The notes beneath the pieces are model-generated. The model made no database searches and was not told where the DNA came from. It was given only the letters and a program-made list of their open reading frames with translations. A program made the translations under genes and the position numbers. This document shows positions 37,662 to 47,378 of a stretch of 64,000 nucleotides of DNA, in pieces (positions within the stretch are counted from its first letter, which is position 1; each line of letters starts with the position of its first letter). Origin of the DNA: Promethearchaeota archaeon (GTDB taxonomy: Archaea > Asgardarchaeota > Lokiarchaeia > Sigyniarchaeales > SOKP01); contig JAHLWP010000005.1 of the NCBI GenBank assembly GCA_019057865.1, positions 64,001 to 128,000 of the forward strand, read 5' to 3'.

Positions 37662-38669
37662 TTATGCTAAAATTGATTCATAGACCTTAATATAATCGTC
37701 AACCATTCTTTCAACAGTAAATTTTTTTTCAACCCATCTTCGACATTCTGCACGATCAATAATATCAATTTTTTTTAATGCCGTAATTGCCTCTTCAATA
37801 GAATTGACTAAAAATCCAGTTTTTCCATTTACGATTACTTCAGACATACTCCCTTTATTAAAAGAAATAACAGGTGTTCCACAAGCCATTGCTTCCACAA
37901 CCGACAAACCAAATGCCTCGGGAATATTAATAGGGTTCAATAAGGCATAGCCTCCGCCTAATAACTCATCCCTCTTCTTCGGACCAGCAATACCAACGTA
38001 TTTTATTAGATCATTATTAAGAAAGGGTTCTACTTCTTTTTGAAAATAAGCTTTATCTTGTATAATCCCTGCCAAGATTAATTTCATTCCCACTTTACGT
38101 GCTATATCAATAGCTTCTTTAGTACCTTTATCATGATGTATTCGCCCAAAAAATATTAAATAATCTTTTGATTTTGATTTAAAAGTAAATTGGTTCAAAT
38201 CTATACCATGATATACTGTAGCAATATAATCCAAGTCTGGAATCCTAGCGGCATTGCTAATAGAAACATAATAGCTCTGATTATTATATTTTTTATAAAC
38301 TGGTAAAATTTTGGGAGATGAGATGCCATGGATTGTTGTTAAAACAGGAGTAGAAGTCATCTTCATATAAGTTAGGGGTAGGAAATCAAAATGATTATGA
38401 ATGATATCAAAATCATCTCCCTTTTCGAACACTTCAGATATATGTAAGCATTCCCAAACTTTTGCTATTAATTTATCATCTTCTTCATAGCCATGAGGAG
38501 AGACTCCTTCAAGATGTGCCTTAGTAATTGAATTTTTTGTTGCAAATAAGGTGACTTCAATTCCTTTCTTAACAAGACCTTCAGTTAATAAAGAAACTAC
38601 ATATTCCCATGGGCCATAGGAACGAGGAGGGGTACGCCATGCAATGGGAGCGAGCATTGCTATGTGCAT
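37662..38669 (-). CDS. GT4 family glycosyltransferase
   Basis: TPPRSYGPWE, GRIHHDKG, EAFGLSVVEAMACGTPV. Confidence 0.92.
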   Translation of the reverse strand: MHIAMLAPIAWRTPPRSYGPWEYVVSLLTEGLVKKGIEVTLFATKNSITKAHLEGVSPHGYEEDDKLIAKVWECLHISEVFEKGDDFDIIHNHFDFLPLTYMKMTSTPVLTTIHGISSPKILPVYKKYNNQSYYVSISNAARIPDLDYIATVYHGIDLNQFTFKSKSKDYLIFFGRIHHDKGTKEAIDIARKVGMKLILAGIIQDKAYFQKEVEPFLNNDLIKYVGIAGPKKRDELLGGGYALLNPINIPEAFGLSVVEAMACGTPVISFNKGSMSEVIVNGKTGFLVNSIEEAITALKKIDIIDRAECRRWVEKKFTVERMVDDYIKVYESILA

Positions 38670-38671
38670 AA

Positions 38672-39643
38672 TTACCCTCCTGATAAGGAATTATGCTCTT
38701 TAAGCCATTCAAGAAGTTCTGAAAGATTAGCTCTTGCTAAACCAATACAACTATCAGCACATCCATAATAAAGTAAGACATCATCATTTTTTTGAATCCA
38801 GCCACATGGAAAAACTACTTTATCAACATCACCAAATATCTCATAAGATTCTTTTGGAGAAAAAACCCATTCATCAGATCTGGCAATTACATTGCGAGGA
38901 TCTTTTAAATCTAAAAGTGCAAGCCCTAACCGATATATAATGCCACTAGCAGTAGATTTAACTCCATGGTAAAGAATTAACCAACCCTCGTCAGTTCTCA
39001 AAGGTGGGGGTGATATACCAATTTTTTTTGCATCCCACCAGCTACCTCTCCTAGCTTTAATAAGAACCTGATGCTCCCCCCAATGTTTAAGATTTGGAGA
39101 AAAAGCAATCCAAATATGAGCCCCAGTACCAGGCATTTTGGCAACTGGTCGATGAATCATTGCCCAGCGCCCATTATAGCGAATTGGAAATAATGCAGCA
39201 TCTTTATTTTCAGGTGGCATCACAGGACCATAACGAGTAAAATTTTGAAAGTCTGAAGTAGTTATCAACGAAACTAAAGGTCCGCCCTCTGAATAAGCTG
39301 TGTATGTAATAGCTAATAATCTTTTTTCCTCTAAAAAAACAATTCTCGGGTCTTCAATTCCCCAAATTTCTTCCGGGTATGTCTCTGGGTTGGGCAATAT
39401 AGTTGGTTGAGAATCAATTTCCCAATTGCTTATACCATTTTTGCTTCGTGCTAATGTTAGATGGGATATACCACGTCTATCTTCAACTCGCATTAATAAA
39501 AAAATTTTATCATCCAATTTTATTGCTCCTGCATTGAATACTGAATTTGCCATATAGGGAATATCATTTATTGAAATAATGGGATTTTGTGGATCCCGAT
39601 GAAAAAGTTCTTTTATCATATTGCTTTTTATTTTTCTCACCAA
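38672..39643 (-). CDS. GH130 beta-mannoside phosphorylase/glycosidase
   Basis: NSVFNAGA, GIEDPR, NKDAALFP, HRP, WLILYHGV, VVFPCG, YYGCAD. Confidence 0.92.
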   Translation of the reverse strand: MVRKIKSNMIKELFHRDPQNPIISINDIPYMANSVFNAGAIKLDDKIFLLMRVEDRRGISHLTLARSKNGISNWEIDSQPTILPNPETYPEEIWGIEDPRIVFLEEKRLLAITYTAYSEGGPLVSLITTSDFQNFTRYGPVMPPENKDAALFPIRYNGRWAMIHRPVAKMPGTGAHIWIAFSPNLKHWGEHQVLIKARRGSWWDAKKIGISPPPLRTDEGWLILYHGVKSTASGIIYRLGLALLDLKDPRNVIARSDEWVFSPKESYEIFGDVDKVVFPCGWIQKNDDVLLYYGCADSCIGLARANLSELLEWLKEHNSLSGG

Positions 39644-40291
39644 TTAGAATTCTGGTTCTAATACTACAGGTTTTCCAGAGATTTTAGCATTTCGTGCTAA
39701 ATCATAAGCCTGATTATACTTATCAGCAATTATTTCCCATGAAACAACCTCATCAAGATAGTGCTTTAAATTTTCACCAAGTGACATTCTAAGATTTTCA
39801 TCACATGCTAATCTAATTACATTTTTCTTTAACATTTTCTTAGTTGTAAATAATAAACCACCACCACTTTCTAAAGTTTGCGCAGTTAATCCTTCCATTG
39901 GAGCTGTTGTTATATATGGTTTATTCAGAGATATTATCCTTGCTAATGTTCCAGATTGAGTTTCATCAATAGTTGGTAATATAATGAAATCACATATTCC
40001 CATCACTTTATAATAGATATCTCCTCTAGGGATAAATTCATAATAATGTGCTATCCCCTTGCTTTGAAGATCAAGAACATCAGACTTCCACATTATATAA
40101 TCACGTTGATGATTTGGATCACGTATAGTACCAGCTGCAAATAAATTCCATTTTTGACCACATTTTTTTTTAATTTCTTCATTTCTCTTTAGATTTCTTT
40201 TATTTATATATTTAGAAGATAAAATTTCAAGATTATTTAGATTCTTATCTAATTTCTCATTTATTTCTGCTTTTCTATTTTCATTTTTCAA
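39644..40291 (-). pseudogene. GT4-type glycosyltransferase reduced to its C-terminal Rossmann domain (probable internal deletion)
   Basis: DFIILP...QSGTLARIISLNKPYITT...VSWEIIADKY. Only 215 aa and no N-terminal acceptor domain. GGTGG SD and TTG start are retained. Confidence 0.55.
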
Positions 40292-40727
40292 AATACCACC
40301 TTTGATCTGTCTTTAAATCCTAAGAATGTTAAATCTGAAAATTATTTCATTATATGGGAAGAATTTATTTCATAATTGGCTTGAATGAAATTCTTATTTT
40401 TAACATTCAATTTAAATTAAAAAAATGATTAAGATAAAAGGATATCAAATTATTTACTTTTCTTTTATAATAATATAATTCAAAATATTTAATTTTTACC
40501 TTAAAGAAGTAGTAATTTTTGATTAATATTTTAAACACCTAATGGGTCTTATTGAATTTTTTTTTAAAAAACTAATCATTTCGATTTTTTCTGGTATTCT
40601 TAATAATTTGAATAATATATCAACTCTAAAATAATTCTAATAAATTTTAAAACAAAATCTTGATTTTTCTTAAATGACAATTCTAAAATATCAATAAGAA
40701 TTTTGTTGTTCTAGGAGTTTATAAAAA

Positions 40728-42077
40728 ATGAGTATTTACGCCGACGATGTTATAAGTTTTACATCAGTTTTAAAGATGTCTTATAATTTTTTAACGGGTA
40801 GAGATTATTTAACAAAGAGAAAACAAAAAGAGAAAAAGAAACTAATTTCTGTTGCATTAGGTTTTCCAGATTTAGTTTTTGCTGCTAATGCAATACCTGT
40901 ATTTCCCATAAGAATGGAGAAATTCAAAATTAATTTATATTTGATGGCATTAAATTCTGCCACAAGCTTATTTGGTTGGGATCTTACAACAAAAATTTTA
41001 GGGATCGCAAGGCAATTAGACTTTTTAAAGGTAGTTGAAAAGGTATTAGATGATGTTGTTAACTCAATTAATGAAAAATATAATGAAATGTATGATTTAG
41101 GAGTTAAGAATGGAGGCCCTTCTGACTTATGTTATGGTGTAAATGCTCTCTATGGAATGCATAAATCAAGGGGATCTGTTTTAGATGGGAACTTAAATTT
41201 TGCCATGCGTTGCGGTGAGTGGAATAAATTCTCAGAATCATTGCAAACAATAGTTCCTAATCAAATTTGGGTTAATATTCCTCCAAGAGAAATAGAAAAT
41301 GAAGATAAAGCATTAGAAATTATGGTAAATAATGTCAAAAAAGCAATATCAGAATTAGAGGGTATAACAGGGAATTATATTACTGATAATAGTTTAAAAA
41401 AACAATTTCGAATAGGTAATCAAGTTAAAAGGTTTTATAAAACAATTTTATATGAAATATGTTCATCTGATTTTTATCCTTGTAATCCCGCTACTTTTGC
41501 TGAAATATTAGCTTTATTAACAATTTCCTTCCAAGATTACAATTCTAATGCACAAAGATATTTAGAAAATATGAGTCAATTAGTTACTGAAATGCGGGAA
41601 AGAATAAAAAAAGGGATAGGGATGGATGTATCTGACATGCCACGTATCTTAATAACCCCTATGTTTGGAGGCTGGGAACCAGAAACTCATGAAATAATAT
41701 ATGAATTAGGTGGCAGGGTTATTTACGCGGATTGGGAAATCTTGGGGCTGTTAGAAGAAATACTAGTATCAAATGATTCGGATCCTATCGAGAATTATGC
41801 TAAATTCCTTTTGAGAGCTTCAAAAAAAGGAATAGGATGCAATATTAATAATTTAAAAAATTCTTATCTGAAAGCCGCTAAGCAAATGAAAGTTGATGGT
41901 TTAATTTTTAATGAAGTATATGGATGTCCTTCTATATCTAACAATTATGACATCTTAAGAGAGGAAATCAAAACTGAACTTGATATTCCTGCAATTGTTA
42001 TTAATTTTAGAAAAATTGGTGAAAATGTTGAACTTGTGAAATCACAACTTAGAACCTACATGGAAGTATTCAAGTAA
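40728..42077 (+). CDS. 2-hydroxyacyl-CoA dehydratase family subunit, copy 2 (paralog of 34959..36317)
   Basis: Collinear with copy 1: GRDYL, PVFPIRM, KYNEMYDLG, SDFYPCNPATF, TPMFGGWEP, KIGENVE. Confidence 0.82.
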   Translation: MSIYADDVISFTSVLKMSYNFLTGRDYLTKRKQKEKKKLISVALGFPDLVFAANAIPVFPIRMEKFKINLYLMALNSATSLFGWDLTTKILGIARQLDFLKVVEKVLDDVVNSINEKYNEMYDLGVKNGGPSDLCYGVNALYGMHKSRGSVLDGNLNFAMRCGEWNKFSESLQTIVPNQIWVNIPPREIENEDKALEIMVNNVKKAISELEGITGNYITDNSLKKQFRIGNQVKRFYKTILYEICSSDFYPCNPATFAEILALLTISFQDYNSNAQRYLENMSQLVTEMRERIKKGIGMDVSDMPRILITPMFGGWEPETHEIIYELGGRVIYADWEILGLLEEILVSNDSDPIENYAKFLLRASKKGIGCNINNLKNSYLKAAKQMKVDGLIFNEVYGCPSISNNYDILREEIKTELDIPAIVINFRKIGENVELVKSQLRTYMEVFK

Positions 42078-42116
42078 AATTTACCCAAAATATAGAAAGA
42101 GAATAAATCAAAATAC

Positions 42117-42707
42117 TTATTTTTTAAATAAATCAGAAGGTCTGATAAGATGAGGTTCCTCTTCCTCTTCTTTCTTCTTTTTATCTTTTTTCTTACCAGG
42201 TACATGTCCATAAACCTCAGTTGCGGGTGTTGGTGCAGGGGCTGGTGGTGTTGATGACATCGTTGTTGCAATAGGAGGTGTAATACTTATGCCTGCAGTT
42301 ATAGGTTCTGGTTGTTGACCTACACTTATTTTTTGATGCATTATAGGTGCTATACTAGTACCTTTCAATCCTTTTAATTCAGTTAATACTTTTTCTAAAT
42401 TCATTGATTGTACGCTTTTATTCATAGTATCCATAATTTCTTTTAAAGATTTTGATGTTTCTCTCAAACCCTTTGGACTAATTCCTGCAAGTAAAGAATC
42501 CAGATTTGCACTTATGCTTTCATTTAGCTCTTTTAAGGAATCTATAACTGTATTCCAATGTTTATTCATTTGGGATTCGATAACGCCAATCATTTTGATT
42601 GTCTGGTTCATAAAATCAACATGACTAGCATAGCGTTCTTCATCCTTCGCCCGAAGGTCAGATATCAGCATTATTAACTTTCTTAGAGCTTCTTTTTCTT
42701 CACTCAT
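42117..42707 (-). CDS. Hypothetical helical protein with Pro/Thr-rich linker and K/E-rich tail
   Basis: 196-aa ORF: helical N-half, PPAPAPTP linker, then KKKDKKKKEEEEEPHLIRPSDLFKK. Confidence 0.7.
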   Translation of the reverse strand: MSEEKEALRKLIMLISDLRAKDEERYASHVDFMNQTIKMIGVIESQMNKHWNTVIDSLKELNESISANLDSLLAGISPKGLRETSKSLKEIMDTMNKSVQSMNLEKVLTELKGLKGTSIAPIMHQKISVGQQPEPITAGISITPPIATTMSSTPPAPAPTPATEVYGHVPGKKKDKKKKEEEEEPHLIRPSDLFKK

Positions 42708-42843
42708 TTTTAGGGAATTTTCTTTTTATTTTTCTTTATTATAATTATGATTACATAAAAATTTATATATATTTATTTTATAAGGAAAAGAATATAAACT
42801 ATATTTATCAAGATAATAAATTTGAATTAGGCGCAATATAAGA

Positions 42844-44334
42844 ATGCTTTTTAAAGAATTTGAATGGCCTAAAAATCCAAAAATTTATGAAATTAACACT
42901 TGGCCATGGCTTAAGTATTTATCAGAAACTTATAATATTTCCATTAATTTGAAGAATATTCCTAACGAAGTATTTAATCAAGAAATAAAATTTTTTGATG
43001 CTATTTGGCTAATGGGAGTATGGGAACGTAGTCCTGCTGGAAGGAGAATTGCTCTTGAGCGTCAAGATTTACAGAACGAATATCATAAAGTTTTACATGA
43101 TTTTGGTGAAAATGATGTTGTAGGATCACCTTATTCTGTTTATTATTATCATATTGATGCTAATCTTGGTGGGATTGATGGTTTAACTGAGTTTCGTAAA
43201 CAATTGCAAGAACATAGCATCCGTTTAATATTGGATTATGTTCCTAATCACGTTTCTATTGATCATCTCTGGATTTTAGAAAAATCAGATGTTTTTATTA
43301 CTGGAACTTTAGAGGATCTAATGACTAAGCCGAATGGATTTTTTTCTGTAGGGGAAATAGTGTATGCTAATGGTCGAGATCCTTATTTTGACCCATGGAC
43401 AGATACTGTCCAGATTAATGCATTTTCTCTTGAAGCTCGTAAAAAAGCAATCAATACGTTATTGAGTATCGCTGAATTATGTGATGGTGTTCGTTGTGAT
43501 ATGGCAATGCTTATGACTAATAATGTATTTAAAAAGACTTGGGGTGAAAAAGCTGGAACTCCACTTGAAAAAGAATTTTGGAAGGAAGTCATTCCGGCAG
43601 TAAAACAAAAGTTTCCAAATTTCTTATTTATAGCAGAGGTGTATTGGGATATGGAATGGGACCTTATACAACAAGGGTTTGATTATTGCTATGATAAAAA
43701 ACTCTATGACAGGTTAGCTCATGAGACCATAAACACAGTTAGAGAACATCTCAAAGCAGAATGGGATTATCAGAGTAAATTAGTTCGATTCATAGAAAAT
43801 CATGATGAGCCTAGAGCTATAGAAAAGTTTGGAGAAGAACGATCAAAGGCGGCAGCTATTATAGCATTAAATTTGCCAGGAGCAAGATTAATATATGAAG
43901 GTCAAACTCGTGGTTATAAAATAAAATTACCTGTTCAATTAGGAAGGAGGTCATTCGAAGAAGAAAATGCAAAGCTTCTTGAATTTTACCAAAATTTATT
44001 AAATATCATACCTGGAAGAGAATTTGAAAAAGCAAATTGGTCCCTCTGTAAAGTTGAACCTGTTATTATTGATGACCCCTCTTATCAAAATATAATTTCT
44101 TATCTCTGTTGGTATAACGATATTTTTCGACTTATTGTGGTTAACTATAGTCCATTTCATGTAAAAGCACATATCAGACTTAAGCAAATAGAATTTAACA
44201 TTGAGAATTGGAATTTTACAGATTTACTTCATCAGAAAACTTATAGTTATAAAGGGGAAGACTTAGATGAATTTGGCTTATATATAGATTTAAACCCCTG
44301 GAATGGTCATATCTTTGATATCAAAAGAGAGTAA
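42844..44334 (+). CDS. GH13 alpha-amylase family glycosidase
   Basis: LDYVPNH, DGVRCDMA (nucleophile), AEVYW (acid/base), ENHDE. Confidence 0.92.
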   Translation: MLFKEFEWPKNPKIYEINTWPWLKYLSETYNISINLKNIPNEVFNQEIKFFDAIWLMGVWERSPAGRRIALERQDLQNEYHKVLHDFGENDVVGSPYSVYYYHIDANLGGIDGLTEFRKQLQEHSIRLILDYVPNHVSIDHLWILEKSDVFITGTLEDLMTKPNGFFSVGEIVYANGRDPYFDPWTDTVQINAFSLEARKKAINTLLSIAELCDGVRCDMAMLMTNNVFKKTWGEKAGTPLEKEFWKEVIPAVKQKFPNFLFIAEVYWDMEWDLIQQGFDYCYDKKLYDRLAHETINTVREHLKAEWDYQSKLVRFIENHDEPRAIEKFGEERSKAAAIIALNLPGARLIYEGQTRGYKIKLPVQLGRRSFEEENAKLLEFYQNLLNIIPGREFEKANWSLCKVEPVIIDDPSYQNIISYLCWYNDIFRLIVVNYSPFHVKAHIRLKQIEFNIENWNFTDLLHQKTYSYKGEDLDEFGLYIDLNPWNGHIFDIKRE

Positions 44335-44343
44335 TACTTATTA

Positions 44344-46194
44344 TTAATGTACAGTTACTGTTTTACTTAAGTTCAATGGTTTATCAGGATCTAGTCCGTG
44401 AGATAAAGCGGTATAATAAGCCAATAACTGTAAAGCAGGGATAAAAGTTATTGGGCTAAAGAGATTATGGTATTTATCTCCTGGTTGTGGAATTCGAATT
44501 GTTAGGTCACTCAATTCTGTTATTTTTTCATCACTTTCTACAACTAATGAAATGATTTTACCTCCCCTTGCCTTAAATTCCATAACATTACCTATTAATC
44601 TTTCATAAGTTTCATCGGGTGGTGCAATAAATATTATTGGAAAACCATCTCTAACGAGAGATATTGGTCCATGTTTTGCATGAGCCGCCGAATAGCCTTC
44701 TATGAAGCGACATGCTATTTCTTTTAATTTTAGTCCCCCTTCTTTAGCAGTAGCAATAGATATACCTCGTGCCAAAAAAAAGAAGTTGTGTTCTTTGTCT
44801 AAATATCTAATAATTTTTTTTACAGAATCTACTTTAGTTTCCAGAAATTCTTCTATTATTGATGGAGTTGAGTTTAATGCTTCATAATATTTTTTTATCT
44901 CCTCAAATAATTCTATTTTTCGTAATTTGGCTATTTCTAAGCCAATCAATGCTAAAGTTAATACTTGAGTACAATAAGTTTTTGTAGCAGCAACCCCGAT
45001 TTCAGGTCCGGCACGAGTAACAATCACATGATCTGAGTATCTAGTAATAGTTGATCCTACAACATTCGTTATTGATAATATTTTTACACCTTTCTTTCTT
45101 TTTGCCCACCGAATTGCATCAATTGTATCTATAGTTTCTCCAGATTGAGAGAGTGCAATAACTACGGAATTTTCTCTTAAACATTCTGCTAATTCGTTCT
45201 TAAATTCAGAACATTCAACTGCGTGAATATATTTTCCCAAAAATTTAGTAATAATGTATTTCCCAGCTAATGAAGCATAAAATGATGTACCGGCTGCTGT
45301 GATATAAATATTACTTGCTGACCATAACTCATTAGCAAAATTTATTATTTGATCTTTATGAATCTTCATAGTGCGCCTAAGTGCCATGGGTTCTTCATAA
45401 ATCTCTTTTAACATAAAATGTTCATACCCTCCTTTTTCAGCAGCATCAATACTCCATTCAATCTCTTGTATTTCTTTTTCAATTCTTGTATCATCATTAA
45501 TATTAAAGAATGAAACTTTTCCAGCTTCTAATTTAGCCAATTCATCATCATCCATAATGTAACAATACCTTGTTAAGGGTAGAAAAGCTGGAATATCTGA
45601 AGCACAATAAGTTGCTCGATCTTGATCAATTCCAATAACTAAGGGAGATCCTTTTCGAGCAACAAATATTAAATCCGGACTTTTAGCATAACAAATAGCT
45701 ATTGCATAAGCTCCGCGGCATCGTTTTAAAGCGCGAATAACAGCATCTTTAAAATTTAATCCATCTTTTATAAAATCTTCAATTAAATGTGGAATTATCT
45801 CGGTATCTGTGTCAGATTTAAAGATATGGCCTTTGCCAGTTAATTCTTTTCTCAATTCTATAAAATTATCTATTATTCCATTATGAACAATAGCTATTTC
45901 TCCCGAACAATCTAAATGTGGATGACTATTATTTTTCGTAGGTGCGCCATGAGTTGCCCATCTTGTATGAGCAAGTGCAAGTTTAGAACCATTTGGAAAA
46001 TCTTTTAAATTTATTTTTTTCTGAATCTCATCAATTCTACCAGATTCTTTCTTAACATATAATTTGGAATTATATTGAGTAACTATTCCACAAGAATCAT
46101 AACCTCGATATTCTAAACGTTTAATACCTTCAAAAGCAATTTTTCCAACCGATATATCTTTTTGATTTGTGATTACACCAAATATCCCACACAT
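44344..46194 (-). CDS. glmS: Glutamine--fructose-6-phosphate transaminase (isomerizing)
   Basis: MCGIFG, LEYRGYDS, HTRWATHG, HNGII, SQSGET, LKLKEI, PLNLSKTVTVH. Confidence 0.96.
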   Translation of the reverse strand: MCGIFGVITNQKDISVGKIAFEGIKRLEYRGYDSCGIVTQYNSKLYVKKESGRIDEIQKKINLKDFPNGSKLALAHTRWATHGAPTKNNSHPHLDCSGEIAIVHNGIIDNFIELRKELTGKGHIFKSDTDTEIIPHLIEDFIKDGLNFKDAVIRALKRCRGAYAIAICYAKSPDLIFVARKGSPLVIGIDQDRATYCASDIPAFLPLTRYCYIMDDDELAKLEAGKVSFFNINDDTRIEKEIQEIEWSIDAAEKGGYEHFMLKEIYEEPMALRRTMKIHKDQIINFANELWSASNIYITAAGTSFYASLAGKYIITKFLGKYIHAVECSEFKNELAECLRENSVVIALSQSGETIDTIDAIRWAKRKKGVKILSITNVVGSTITRYSDHVIVTRAGPEIGVAATKTYCTQVLTLALIGLEIAKLRKIELFEEIKKYYEALNSTPSIIEEFLETKVDSVKKIIRYLDKEHNFFFLARGISIATAKEGGLKLKEIACRFIEGYSAAHAKHGPISLVRDGFPIIFIAPPDETYERLIGNVMEFKARGGKIISLVVESDEKITELSDLTIRIPQPGDKYHNLFSPITFIPALQLLAYYTALSHGLDPDKPLNLSKTVTVH

Positions 46195-46407
46195 AGTAAA
46201 AAGATAATTTTTTTTGTTTAAAAATAAAAAAGAATCAAAATTATATTAACATTACTAAATATATAATAACATAATTAATGTAGATAATATATATAGTAGC
46301 TAATTTAATTCTTTTTATTGATATAACTAATATAATTAAGTTTTTAAAGAAATGACTCTTTTTAGTTTTGAAAAAACATTCAATTTTAGGTTTTAAATGA
46401 GATAATA

Positions 46408-47367
46408 ATGACCATAAAGGTATTAATCACTAAGAATTTTAACCATATGAGTGAAGTAGCAGCTAATATAGTCAAAGAAGAAATTATAAAAGTATTAAAA
46501 AATAAAAAGGAATTTGTTTTGGGATTAGCTACAGGAAATTCACCTACAGGATTGTATAAAAATTTAGCAAAAATGATGAATAATGGTGAGATTGACAGCT
46601 CTAAAATACGGAGTTTTAACCTTGATGAATATGTGGGACTTCCAGGTGAAAATGTTCAACAACGCACAATACATCCAGAGAGTTATTCTTATTTTATGAT
46701 ACAAGAATTATTTGGACTTCTTAATAAGAAATTTATCGAAACATCTGTACCTTTTGGTTGTTTAATTGATCAAAAAAGGTTTATTAAAGAGCTTAAGGCC
46801 CATCCTGATGATTGGAGTGAACTGGGGGTTGATGCGGGTAAATCAATTGTAATTAAAGATAATGCTGCTTCAGAATACTTACGATGGGTTCGAAAGACAG
46901 TTCAAGAAGAATATATTCAGAAAATTGAGAATGCTGGAGGTATAGATTTACAGATTATAGGGGTTGGAGGGCGTGGACATGTAGCATTTCATGAATCTGG
47001 AATCCCTTTTGAAGGTAGTAAAGTCTTAATAGTAAAACTTGATGAAAATACTATGACTAATGCCCTAACTGATGGACATTTTCCCTCAAAAGAAGAATCG
47101 CCATGGTATGCAATCAGTATGGGTGCTGAATTAGTTTATAGAGCAAAAACAGTTTTACTTTTAGCTAATGGAGAACGAAAGATGGATCCCATTACTAAAT
47201 CATTATTAAATGACCCAACTCCAGAAGTACCTATATCCTATGGTCAAATCTACTCAGAAAAGGGTGGCAATTTAATTTATGTAATTGATAAAATTGCGGG
47301 TAAAAAACTTCTTGCAAATAAAATGCTGCTAGAGGAAAAGGGTATAGAAATTCAAAACTTAGAATAA
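46408..47367 (+). CDS. nagB: Glucosamine-6-phosphate deaminase (NagB-type)
   Basis: LGLATGNSP, FNLDEYVGL, GGIDLQIIGVGGRGHVAFHE, AISMG. Confidence 0.85.
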   Translation: MTIKVLITKNFNHMSEVAANIVKEEIIKVLKNKKEFVLGLATGNSPTGLYKNLAKMMNNGEIDSSKIRSFNLDEYVGLPGENVQQRTIHPESYSYFMIQELFGLLNKKFIETSVPFGCLIDQKRFIKELKAHPDDWSELGVDAGKSIVIKDNAASEYLRWVRKTVQEEYIQKIENAGGIDLQIIGVGGRGHVAFHESGIPFEGSKVLIVKLDENTMTNALTDGHFPSKEESPWYAISMGAELVYRAKTVLLLANGERKMDPITKSLLNDPTPEVPISYGQIYSEKGGNLIYVIDKIAGKKLLANKMLLEEKGIEIQNLE

Positions 47368-47378
47368 ATTTATTTAGA

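Noticed and set aside
46195-46407. Possible glmS ribozyme or riboswitch upstream of glmS
   Set aside because: The region is almost pure A/T with no visible conserved core or stable pairing; it looks like a divergent promoter.
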